DNA of 64,000 bases from Ignavibacteriota bacterium (lineage in GTDB: Bacteria; Bacteroidota; Ignavibacteria; UBA10030; UBA6906). A program made the position numbers and the translations under genes. The notes under the pieces were generated by a model that saw nothing but the letters and a program-made list of their open reading frames with translations, did not search any database and had not been told where the DNA came from. Below are positions 29,809-38,346 of the stretch, piece after piece. The stretch lies in NCBI GenBank assembly GCA_963801355.1, contig CAWDEM010000008.1, positions 1,120,001-1,184,000 on the forward strand, in the 5' to 3' direction. Position 1 is the first letter of the stretch; every line of letters starts with the position of its first letter.

Positions 29809-31238
29809 GAACGCCAAGAGTGTTCGTCGCATCATTGGTCATGGTTCTCCTGGCCGGTTTCCTTGGGACGGTCGTCGCACAGAAGGGACCTAAAGAAAAA
29901 TTCACGTTCCCCAAGCTCCATGACATTTCCATGCCGAAAGTCCGGGAGGCAAAGCTCAAGAACGGCATGCGGATCTTCCTTGTGGAAGATCGGCAGTATC
30001 CCACAATCGATCTGCGCGCCATGGTTGGCGCAGCCTCCGAGTTTGACCCCGCGGAAAAGGTCGGACTGGCAAGCTTAACAGGGAGCGTCCTGAGAACCGG
30101 GGGCACCGAAAAGATGACCGGTGATGAAATGGACCAGATGCTCGAGACGATGGGAGCATCGGTAGAAACGGGCATTGGATCCGGCTCAGGATACGTGTAC
30201 GTCTCCGTGTTGAAGGATGACATCGACAAGGGCGTCAATGTCCTCGCCGACATCCTGATGCATCCCGCATTCCGGCAGGAGAAGATCGAGCTCGCAAAAA
30301 TCCAGCAGCGTTCCTTTATCTCCCGTCGCAATGATGATATCTGGGAGATCACTGGCCGTGAGTTCAACACCTTGATCTACGGCAAGGGACATCCCTATGC
30401 GCGCTATCCCGAATTTGCGACGATCGATTCAATCAGCAGGGACGATGTTGTCGCGTTTCACAAAAAGTATTTCCATCCCAACAACATCATCTTCGCGGCG
30501 TGGGGAGATTTCGATGCCAAGCAGATGGAAAAGAAGCTGGAAACGGCCTTCGGCGCCTGGCCAAAGGTGGATATCCCCGTGCCTCCCAAGCCCAAAGTGG
30601 ACTATCAGTATGTGCAGACGGTGAACTACGTGAACAAGCCTGACGTGAACCAGACGCATATCCAGATGGGACATATCGGAGGACAGCTGAACAGCCCGGA
30701 CTATCCGGCCCTGGTGATCATGAACCAGATTCTTTCCACAGAAAGGATGTACAAGGTCATTCGGACGCAGGAAGGTCTCACCTATGCTCCGTGGGGATAC
30801 TATGGAGCGGACTACGACCATCTGGGTGTCTTCAATTGCGGGACGCAGACGAAGTCGCGGTCGACGGTGTACGCTCTCCGCCTGATGCTGAAGGAAGTGA
30901 AACGGATGACAGAAGAACCTGTGACCGATGAAGAGCTCGCTCGTGCCAAGGACACGTATCTGAACAGCTTTGTCTTCAACTTCGACACCAAGAGCAAGAT
31001 CGTCAACCGGATGATGGTGACGGCCTACCACAACTACCCGGTGGATTTCATCAACCAGGTCAAGGACAAGGTCGAGAAGGTAACGAAGGAAGATATTCTC
31101 CGCGTCGCGAAGACCCATCTGCATCCCGAACAGCTCCACATTCTGGTGGTGGGGAAAAAGGAGGAATTTGACGAACCGCTGTCAGTATTGGGAAAGGTTA
31201 ACGAAATCGATATCACCATCCCACAGCCCAAGCACTAG
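29805..31238 (+). CDS. M16 peptidase non-catalytic partner subunit
   Basis: LKNGMRIFL, GLASLTGSVL (no HxxEH), IRTQEGLTY; 4-bp overlap with the upstream gene. Confidence 0.9.
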   Translation: MRTPRVFVASLVMVLLAGFLGTVVAQKGPKEKFTFPKLHDISMPKVREAKLKNGMRIFLVEDRQYPTIDLRAMVGAASEFDPAEKVGLASLTGSVLRTGGTEKMTGDEMDQMLETMGASVETGIGSGSGYVYVSVLKDDIDKGVNVLADILMHPAFRQEKIELAKIQQRSFISRRNDDIWEITGREFNTLIYGKGHPYARYPEFATIDSISRDDVVAFHKKYFHPNNIIFAAWGDFDAKQMEKKLETAFGAWPKVDIPVPPKPKVDYQYVQTVNYVNKPDVNQTHIQMGHIGGQLNSPDYPALVIMNQILSTERMYKVIRTQEGLTYAPWGYYGADYDHLGVFNCGTQTKSRSTVYALRLMLKEVKRMTEEPVTDEELARAKDTYLNSFVFNFDTKSKIVNRMMVTAYHNYPVDFINQVKDKVEKVTKEDILRVAKTHLHPEQLHILVVGKKEEFDEPLSVLGKVNEIDITIPQPKH

Positions 31239-31278
31239 ACCCGCGCGCCAGGAGACGGACGTTCGATAGTGCGTTGCT

Positions 31279-31315
31279 CCCGCCTGCACTTTAAAGGTCG
31301 ATCGGTGCAGGCGGG
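31279..31315. terminator. Strong GC-rich hairpin downstream of the M16 operon
   Basis: CCCGCCTGCAC...GTGCAGGCGGG perfect 11-bp inverted repeat; no clear U-tract. Confidence 0.5.
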
Positions 31316-31373
31316 TGCGGCGGCTGTCTCGATGTCCTCATCGTACGAGGACAGACTTGCGCGTCTGCACAAA

Positions 31374-31397
31374 GCTTTGTCCTGAGCCTGTCAAAGG
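31374..31397. repeat. 24-bp REP-like palindrome inserted in frame (PLTGSGQS)
   Basis: Minus-strand CCTTTGACAGGCTCAGGACAAAGC with CTTTG/CAAAG arms; absent from the other CTDs in the window. Confidence 0.6.
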
Positions 31398-31406
31398 ATC
31401 CCCCGC

Positions 31407-31451
31407 TCCGCTCTCAGAGTCACGCCCGATGGTGGAGTCCAGAGCGGGGAC
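31407..31451. repeat. 45-bp palindromic element, copy 3
   Basis: TCCGCTCT...AGAGCGGG arms; same insertion point as copies 1 and 2. Confidence 0.8.
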
Positions 31452-31719
31452 CTGCATCCGGTAGAAGTACATGCCGCTTGACAGACCTGACGCGTCGCAC
31501 TTGACTTCGTGAGCCCCCACTTGCCTCCTCTCGTTCACCAGTGAGACAAACCGACGCCTGAAAATGTCATAAATCGTCAGGGTCCCGTGTGATGCTCTCG
31601 GCAACTCTCACTTGATGATCGTGGAAGGATTGAAGTGATTCGGGGCATTTTGGCACATCGATCGTGATCGATTTGTGATTACAGGAGCAAATTCGGACGG
31701 ATTCTTGGTTATGCTGCAG

Positions 31720-31748
31720 TTGACAGGCGGTGTAAAGAATAGTAGATT
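31720..31748 (+). promoter_or_regulatory. Sigma-70-type promoter of the selenoprotein/DsbD-N operon
   Basis: TTGACA (31720-31725), 17 nt, TAGATT (31743-31748). Confidence 0.55.
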
Positions 31749-31801
31749 TGCATGAGGGACGAGGGGGCGAACCGAACACACCATCGTGGAGAATCATCAC
31801 C

Positions 31802-33331
31802 ATGCAAAAGCAACTCACTGGATTGGCGGTGCTCGTCGCATTGGTCTCGACTGCCTCCGCTCAGAACTGGTTCAAGGGAAGCCTCGACGACGCTCTCGCT
31901 AAGGCAAAGACCGAGAACAAAAAGGTGCTCGTGGATTTCTTCTCTCCTGGCTGAGGTGGCTGTAAATTGCTGGGTCAGCAATATTTCGAGAACCAAAAGT
32001 TTCAGGATTACTTCGGCACTCACTTCGTGATGTTCCGAGCCGACAGGACACAGAAAGTTGGCGAGGAAATCTTCAAGAAGTTCAACATCATGGGCACCCC
32101 AACCGTGATGATCCTCGATTCAGACGGATCCGAGGTTGATTGGCACGTTGGGTATGGTCCCCCGCCCGAGAAATTCCACGAGCGCATCGACAAGTCTTAC
32201 AGAGGAATTGAGACGTTCAAATTTTACGCGGATCAGTATGCCAAAGATCCAAAGAATCTTGACGTCGTCTTCCGCCTGGCTCAAAAGCACGGCGACCGGT
32301 ACGATCAGGGCAAGGCCACCCCGTTGTACAGAGAAGTGCTCGCGATTGATCCCGATGGGAAGAAAGGAAGCACAAATTATAACAAGACACAGGTGTCGTA
32401 CACTCAGTATGCCGAGTTCCAGATAGCTTCGTTGGCTCTCTACGCGGCAAACGGAGGCCCCGCGGGATTCAAATCATTTATCGCGAAGTATCGGGGCGGC
32501 GAACTGGCTAAGTCGGCGTACCAGCGTCTTGCGTCCTTCTATTTGAGTTCAACCGCCAATGACACAGTGACACAATTCTATGAGGAAGCGATCAAGGAGT
32601 ACCCGAACGACGCAAGTCTCCTCGGTACTTATGTCGAGTATGTCAACAACAGCAAGCAGAATGTCGATAGGGGCATCGAGGTCGCTGAGAAGATTATGGA
32701 GCTCATGACGTACAGGAAGGATCCAAGGTACGTCGGGGCCCTTGCCAAACTCTACGTCCTCAAAGGAGACAAAGCAAAGGCCGACAGCGTGTATGGCAAA
32801 GAATTCATCGACAATCAGGTATCTTCCCTTTCTTACAGTCTCATCGACTATGCCAACTTCTGGGCCGGGCAGAACATGAATGCTGGGAGCGCACTTGCAA
32901 TGGCCGAGATGTCTCTCAAGCTGAACCCGGATAATTCCTATCTGCTTCGGCGGGCCGCTGAGGTCTGCAGCAAACTCAACAAGCTGGATAGCGCGCTTGA
33001 GTTCTTCGGGCCGGAGTTTGCCGAGAAGAACATCGACGACGCCAATAGACTCTACAGCTACGCGAGTTTCTGGGCGGGCGAGGGGAAGAACCTCAAGAGT
33101 GCACTTGCAGCCGCCAAGAAAGTGGTAGAGCTCTCACCGACTACTCCATCCTACTGGGGGGTTCTTGCTACAGCTCACCAGAAGATGAAGAACTACGATG
33201 AGGCAATCAAAGCGGCAGGGAAAGCAGTCGAATTGGCGGATGACAACCGGAAGGCGTACTACAAAAGCAGGCTCGATGCCATCACGCAGGCCCGCCAGAC
33301 AGACGGTGGGCAGCCGATAGAGGGGAAATAG
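31802..33331 (+). CDS. Exported thioredoxin-fold (UxxC) selenoprotein with C-terminal TPR repeats, 509 aa, Sec51
   Basis: Signal peptide, then ...KVLVDFFSPG-TGA-GGC-KLL... in one frame; cis-Pro loop 'GTPTVMILD'; SECIS-like hairpin right after the UGA; TPR helices downstream. Confidence 0.88.
31952..31987 (+). promoter_or_regulatory. In-frame UGA with bacterial SECIS-like stem-loop
   Basis: TGA at 31952-31954; perfect stem ATTGCTG (31966-31972) / CAGCAAT (31976-31982) with a G-starting loop GGT, 18 nt after the UGA. Confidence 0.8.
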
Positions 33332-33344
33332 AAGTAGAACCGGA

Positions 33345-33911
33345 TTGCTTGGAGCACCCGTGGCGATCAAAAGAAGTGGTCTGGGGATACTGGTATGGTT
33401 TCTTGTTGGCATGCGTGTTGTGATTGCGCAACCACCATCGAGTGTGGTTTCGGTGACTCTCGACAAGAACAATGTGCACGTGACTGCCGGAGCAGAATTC
33501 ACAGTCGTATTGAATGCAACGATCGCAGCCGGCTGGCACATCAATTCCAGCAAGCCGAGTGAGGAGTCACTCATTCCTACCTGCATCGACGCAAAAGGCA
33601 AGTCAATCACACTCGTCAGTGTCGAGTATCCGAAGGCTGAAGATATCAAGCTCGGGATTTCCGATAGCCCTCTTTCAGTATTTGAAGGTAACTGTCAGTT
33701 TACGCTCACCCTCAAAATCGGTGACGCACTGCAGAGTGGCAGAGAAGCGACGGCGGTCATCTTGTACTACCAGGCGTGCAATGATCAGATCTGCATGCCT
33801 CCGACGAGTGTCAGAGCGACGCTCCTCGTTGATGTCGAAGCGAACGCGAAGAAAAAGCCCTCATTGGATGGCACGGCCACACCAGGAACCGGCCGGTCCG
33901 GCTCTCCGTAG
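33345..33911 (+). CDS. Stand-alone DsbD N-terminal (alpha, 'disulfide bond corrector') domain protein
   Basis: GWHINS, VEYP, YYQACNDQICMPP (C-x4-C); hydrophobic N-terminus. Exact start uncertain. Confidence 0.82.
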   Translation: MLGAPVAIKRSGLGILVWFLVGMRVVIAQPPSSVVSVTLDKNNVHVTAGAEFTVVLNATIAAGWHINSSKPSEESLIPTCIDAKGKSITLVSVEYPKAEDIKLGISDSPLSVFEGNCQFTLTLKIGDALQSGREATAVILYYQACNDQICMPPTSVRATLLVDVEANAKKKPSLDGTATPGTGRSGSP

Positions 33912-34053
33912 GCAAAGGACAGAGTTCGCAACAACTCACAACTCCATTCATTGCACGTTTGCAGTTCCAGGCTCAGGGACCAATCGTCACAACTGCTTTG
34001 GAAGGGCTGGCTCAGATCTTCTTAGACTCAGGTAAAACGCCATCTCCGGGACG

Positions 34054-35115
34054 CTATTTCTTTCCGATCTGTTTCTTTGAAGTCTTGATCATTCGGCCAA
34101 ACTGCCTGTCTTTCTTGCGCCTCTCCAGGCGCGACAACTGATGAAACTCAGACTCCTTCCTCAACTTGATGTAACTCTGGTACCGCTGCTCACTCAACCC
34201 ACCGCTTTCAAGTGCCATCAGTATTGCGCAACCGACTTCGCTCGTATGTGTGCAATCACTGAAACGGCAATCCTTAGAGAGTCCATGAATATCGGAAAAG
34301 CTATCATCGATGCTTTCGCCGACGGCGATCAAGCCCAGTTCCCTCATCCCGGGTGTATCAATAAGTAGAGCGCCGCTATCCAGGGCAATCAATTGCCGGC
34401 TTGCTGTAGTATGTCTCCCTCTGCCGTCTTTCTCGCGTATAGGATTTGTCTCAAACAGCTCCTGACCCATGAGATGATTCACGAGCGTCGTCTTGCCAAC
34501 CCCGGAGGGTCCCAGCAGGCAATACGTTCTTCCTCCCTCAAGCAACCCTTTCAGTGCATCCAGTCCGCTTGGGGCAAGGCTGCTGATTGGGATGACTTTG
34601 GCGCCAATATGCGCGGATCTGATCTCTGAAATCCTCTTCTCCAGATCTGCTGCACTAACGATGTCACTTTTGCTGAGGAGGACTACTGGCTCGATATGAC
34701 CCTCGATCACCATGACGAGGTATCGTTCCAAGCTGCGCAGGTTCAGGTTGTCACAGGACTGGACTATCAGGCCTTTGTCGATATTTGATGCAATCATCTG
34801 AAAGTCAATGTTTTTACCGGCAGACTTCCGGCGCAGAAAGGATCTTCTGGGGAGCAGGGCATGAATGATTGCGAGGGTGCCGTCATTGTGATACTGCACC
34901 AGGACCCAGTCACCGACGCACGGGAGGTCTTGACTCGAGTCAGCAGAGAACAACAGTCTCCCGGTCAGCTCGGCCAGGACTTCGTTCTCTTCATTCCTGA
35001 CAAGATATCTGTCCCGGTCGACCCTGGCGATGCGTGCAACGCTGCAGTCCGGCCTCTGCAGCTCCTCTCGCTTCTGTTGAAACCAATGATCAAATCCAAG
35101 ATCTGCTAGTTCCAT
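34054..35115 (-). CDS. rsgA: Ribosome small subunit-dependent GTPase A
   Basis: Circularly permuted GTPase motifs SKSD, GPSGVGKTT, GRHTT, DTPGMRE, and zinc finger CRFSDCTH...C. Confidence 0.93.
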   Translation of the reverse strand: MELADLGFDHWFQQKREELQRPDCSVARIARVDRDRYLVRNEENEVLAELTGRLLFSADSSQDLPCVGDWVLVQYHNDGTLAIIHALLPRRSFLRRKSAGKNIDFQMIASNIDKGLIVQSCDNLNLRSLERYLVMVIEGHIEPVVLLSKSDIVSAADLEKRISEIRSAHIGAKVIPISSLAPSGLDALKGLLEGGRTYCLLGPSGVGKTTLVNHLMGQELFETNPIREKDGRGRHTTASRQLIALDSGALLIDTPGMRELGLIAVGESIDDSFSDIHGLSKDCRFSDCTHTSEVGCAILMALESGGLSEQRYQSYIKLRKESEFHQLSRLERRKKDRQFGRMIKTSKKQIGKK

Positions 35116-35243
35116 CGTTTTTCTCAAATTGGAAAGCACCCATACCAATCAGGGGTGAGATTGGTCACGCCATATCTGAACTATGCACGCTTCGGTGGTG
35201 GGAGTGTCACAGCCTTTCATGTATTTTGTGCGCCATCCCCGCC

Positions 35244-36092
35244 TCATCTGATTCTGACTATACCCTCTGCAATTGATGGGAACCCGGCGAGCACGAGTGG
35301 ATCATGCCCGGGGATAATCAAAGTGGTATCGGAGACAAGCGTCTTCATTCGTCGCAGTTGCCGGATGTACGCTGCGGGGTCCTGGACCAATACTACGGAG
35401 ATCAGTTCGTGCAGGTTGTGGTAGAACCAGCAATCGTCAGATGCAAGAAGCACCTTGTCCGTTTGGGTGTCTACGAGAAGGTGCTGGCTTTCGTACGTGT
35501 GTTTTGAGCCGATAAATGTCCGGATGCCCGGGATGATTTCCAGGCTGTCGCCGTTCACGAGTGTGAGTCTTCCGTCCAGGTTGGCCTGCACGATCATCAG
35601 AACGTCTTGCTTGTCAAACCCACCATGCGATCCCCCTTTCTGCCAAGCAGCACCGACGAAGGCATCGTAGTCATTCTTCTGCATCCAGACATTCGCCTTC
35701 TGGAAGAGACTGAGCCCGCCGATGTGATCATAGTGGGGGTGCGTGATGATGACATCGGTGATCTCGTTCGGTTCGACGCCCATGCGTCGAAGTGCGAGGT
35801 CTGGGCGCACATAGTATGCGTATGACTTCCGGATCATCGCAGTATCTCCGACAAAACCCACGTCCACGAGAATGCGACGATCGTTGTGACCTCGCAGATA
35901 CCAGATGTAGTATACGAAGGCAACACTGTCTTTCGACTGCGTGTTGAGCGCGACCTTGGAGACAGCCGCGTACCCGTTCCCTCGAGCATACTCGATTGCA
36001 TACACGTCATACACATTCTGGGTTTGCGACAGTCCCGAAGTGGCACCAAAGCAACAGAAGAAAAGCGTTGCCACGAAAAGCTTCAGCCTCAT
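35244..36092 (-). CDS. Exported metallo-beta-lactamase-fold hydrolase, N-acyl homoserine lactonase family
   Basis: ILVDVG, THPHYDH, HT, ASD and PGHD motifs; signal peptide. Confidence 0.82.
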   Translation of the reverse strand: MRLKLFVATLFFCCFGATSGLSQTQNVYDVYAIEYARGNGYAAVSKVALNTQSKDSVAFVYYIWYLRGHNDRRILVDVGFVGDTAMIRKSYAYYVRPDLALRRMGVEPNEITDVIITHPHYDHIGGLSLFQKANVWMQKNDYDAFVGAAWQKGGSHGGFDKQDVLMIVQANLDGRLTLVNGDSLEIIPGIRTFIGSKHTYESQHLLVDTQTDKVLLASDDCWFYHNLHELISVVLVQDPAAYIRQLRRMKTLVSDTTLIIPGHDPLVLAGFPSIAEGIVRIR

Positions 36093-36278
36093 GCCAGCCT
36101 CCTGGTTGTGCCAAAAGGTACGCGGAAACCACGGGATAGTCAATTCACTGAACGAAACCAGAGTCTCAAAAGAACAAAGCCTCTATCAATGGTGACGCTG
36201 GAGTTCTGGCCCGGATGGAATTTGGGAGAGGGATACTCTCCAGAGCAGAATGTCGGCACTTCAAGGTCAGATGTTGCC

Positions 36279-36307
36279 TTGACATTGTGTACATAATGTG
36301 ATTTACT
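36279..36307 (+). promoter_or_regulatory. Toxin-antitoxin promoter with overlapping palindromic operator
   Basis: TTGACA (36279-36284), 17 nt, TTTACT preceded by TGn; near-palindrome CATTGTGTACATAATG at 36283-36298. Confidence 0.55.
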
Positions 36308-36315
36308 GCAATGTC

Positions 36316-36378
36316 GTTTTGAAGACCGCATTCCCGAGTCGGAAGTTCCAGAAGAGATGGGGAGGCCAGCAACCATGA
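36316..36378 (+). pseudogene. C-terminal remnant of a BrnT-like toxin
   Basis: Reads VLKTAFPSRKFQKRWGGQQP*, resembling the 'LKTxxPSRK' toxin tail; its stop overlaps the antitoxin ATG (ATGA). Confidence 0.55.
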
Positions 36379-36674
36379 GTGTGAAGCTCGACAAATATGA
36401 ACGAGAGATTGAACGCGAAGCTGATGCATATCGGTCAGTCTCGAAAAAGGAACGGGACAAGCTTGAGGGAATGCTTGACAAGATACGCAAGACACGCAAC
36501 GTGAATATCCGTATCTCGGAGTCTGTTCTAGAGCAGTTGAAACGTCGATCGCAAGAAGAAGGGATTCCTTATCAGACTCTGATTTCGAGCATTCTGCACA
36601 AGTATGTGACGGATCGGCTCGTTGATGAGAAGGCAATTCGTCGATCGATGCATCTGCTTTCCTCTTCACGCTAG
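36375..36674 (+). CDS. CopG/BrnA-like ribbon-helix-helix antitoxin
   Basis: LDKYEREIE...VNIRIS...LKRRSQEEGIPYQTLISSILHKY. Confidence 0.8.
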   Translation: MSVKLDKYEREIEREADAYRSVSKKERDKLEGMLDKIRKTRNVNIRISESVLEQLKRRSQEEGIPYQTLISSILHKYVTDRLVDEKAIRRSMHLLSSSR

Positions 36675-36685
36675 CACTTCGTACT

Positions 36686-36713
36686 CGTAGGGGGACGTAT
36701 TCCATCCCCTACG
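36686..36713. repeat. GTAG-type REP-like hairpin
   Basis: CGTAGGGG...CCCCTACG perfect 8-bp arms. Confidence 0.5.
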
Positions 36714-36815
36714 CCGCCTGTCTTTTCCGATTCACCCGGCTTCGGAATCTGGTGCTGAATCCCCTGATGCGGTCGCTGACCGTCATAGAACGCGACATAT
36801 TCATCCACAATACTA
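36714..36815 (-). mobile_element. Integrase-core transposase C-terminal remnant
   Basis: Minus-strand frame reads IVDEYVAFYDGQRPHQGIQHQIP (YN-x-x-RPHQG motif). Boundaries approximate. Confidence 0.6.
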
Positions 36816-36965
36816 CATCCTCGCCGACGACAAAGCCCCTCTTCGGACTGAATCTGTGCGCGTTCCCCTCTCCTTCACTCAATGACTCTTGTCCACTGAC
36901 CTTCCCATCGCACAGAACAATACATTCAACTCATGATCCGTGGTGGCGTTTTGCTACGCATGGAA

Positions 36966-37280
36966 TTATAGCAGCAGACTTTCGCGGGAGACATTCTGGT
37001 AGAATGGTGTCGCAACCGATTGCTCACTACGTCAGTCGTCGATGCTTCGGACAACTACCGAAATCACCTCACCGCTCATCCACTCAATTTCATAGAGTGC
37101 CCGGCGAAGCCTGTGTACTAGATCATCGGAAACAGGGCTTTGCAGCAATACGAGGAGATCCCAATCAGATTCGGGCCGTGCTGTGTCCTGCGCTCTGGAA
37201 CCATACAGGTACAGTTGTGCCGTAGGCGCAATAATGCGCACCGCCCCTCCCATCCGCTCTATGAGTTCGCTCCGTTTCAT
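36966..37280 (-). pseudogene. Minimal nucleotidyltransferase (MNT antitoxin-like) with a premature TGA
   Basis: LYGSRA...SDWDLL motif; after TGA (37032-37034) the frame continues RSEQSVATPFYQNVSRESLLL*. Confidence 0.75.
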
Positions 37281-37404
37281 CGAGGCCGAATAGTCTCGTA
37301 GTTCAGACGAAAGCTAATAAAGGAAGTGACGAAACGCATCCGCGAGCAAGACAGCGAATCCGAACCCAAATTCTTCTTCAGTGGCATGACCGATGCATTC
37401 AACT

Positions 37405-37498
37405 CTACAAAAGAGACAGTTCTCGTCCTCAAGCCCGAAACAGTCATCCGGTGGCACCCCGATAAGGATTCAGATTGTACTGGAGGTGGAAGAGCTGA
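37405..37498 (+). mobile_element. Integrase/transposase N-terminal remnant
   Basis: VLVLKPETVIRWH followed, after a frameshift, by GFRLYWRWKS*. Boundaries approximate. Confidence 0.6.
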
Positions 37499-37546
37499 TC
37501 ACCTTCGCTCACTTGGGCAGTCTATACTTGGTCGAGGCGGCGAAAC

Positions 37547-37573
37547 AAAAAGCCCGGACATCTCTGCCCGGGC
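37547..37573 (-). terminator. Intrinsic terminator of the minus-strand gene run
   Basis: Minus strand GCCCGGGCA-GAGA-TGTCCGGGC followed by TTTTT. Confidence 0.6.
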
Positions 37574-37653
37574 CATTGCTGAACTCAGAGACTGCTGACC
37601 CTCATGCCCTCCCATCGGCCTTGGAGGGATAAGGAACATTCACCAGGCCAGGT

Positions 37654-38253
37654 TCAATGTTCTTTGATGATACCGGTGCCGGTGGCCTGCCAGCCGGTGG
37701 GCAGTGGGTAATGATTGTTGTCAGTGGTCACCCTGAGGACGGCATTTGTAAAGATTTGCATTCCATCAATAGTCCCCCCTCTTCCGTGTCCCACCATCTT
37801 CAGAGGCAACGTGAAGACAAACGGATCAGCTGTTCTGGACCTGTATCCCTCGTAAGTACCTTCCCACGTTCCACCGCCAGCGCCTGCAGGTTTTGATGTC
37901 CACGACCCGTGGCAAGGACCCTCGCCGGTTGCAAGGTCGAGCTTAAGACTTAGCAGGTGCTCCATTCTTCCTGATACACGCGCGTCGGATGCGGTAACCA
38001 AGTCCACTATGGGTACATCCTTCATGTGCACGGTGTTTCCCGCAATCTTCAGGTATGGTGTGGGATCAACCGGAACAACTATGGGGACACTGAGGATAAG
38101 GTCGAAAGGTACATTGGTGCTCTTCTCCAGTGAAGCCGGTGTTTGTGCCGACTGGTCTGTCGGCGATACCGGCACAGCCGAGTTGTCCGAACACCCCACC
38201 ACCACAAACGCCAAGGTCGCCATCAGCAGCAAAACAAAAGAGACGGTTTTCAT
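37654..38253 (-). CDS. Hypothetical lipoprotein
   Basis: MKTVSFVLLLMATLAFVVVGC lipobox; beta-rich body. Confidence 0.72.
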   Translation of the reverse strand: MKTVSFVLLLMATLAFVVVGCSDNSAVPVSPTDQSAQTPASLEKSTNVPFDLILSVPIVVPVDPTPYLKIAGNTVHMKDVPIVDLVTASDARVSGRMEHLLSLKLDLATGEGPCHGSWTSKPAGAGGGTWEGTYEGYRSRTADPFVFTLPLKMVGHGRGGTIDGMQIFTNAVLRVTTDNNHYPLPTGWQATGTGIIKEH

Positions 38254-38346
38254 GACTTTGCCCTTTCTGGAATGTTGTGTAATATTAGGATTGTCGCTGC
38301 CGCACATCGTCCTCCCGGTCCAGGCGAGAGGACGCGTGCGGTCGAC

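Larger units (their letters stand above)
31338..31658 (-). pseudogene. Degenerate orphan T9SS CTD remnant carrying two in-frame palindromic inserts
   Basis: Reads MCQNAPNHFNPSTIIK*ELPRASH...SGMYFYRMQ[VPALDSTIGRDSESG]AGD[PLTGSGQS]FVQTRK; internal TGA at 31608-31610. Confidence 0.75.

Noticed and set aside
31608-31610. In-frame TGA in the orphan CTD as Sec or read-through
   Set aside because: The position is Tyr/Phe in intact CTDs, and the rest of the remnant is degenerate.
37032-37034. In-frame TGA in the MNT gene as a second selenocysteine
   Set aside because: The context (SIDD*RS...TPFYQNV) fits a Trp position, not a redox Cys. No clear SECIS-like hairpin follows, and the surrounding region is decayed. 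A TGG-to-TGA nonsense change is more likely.
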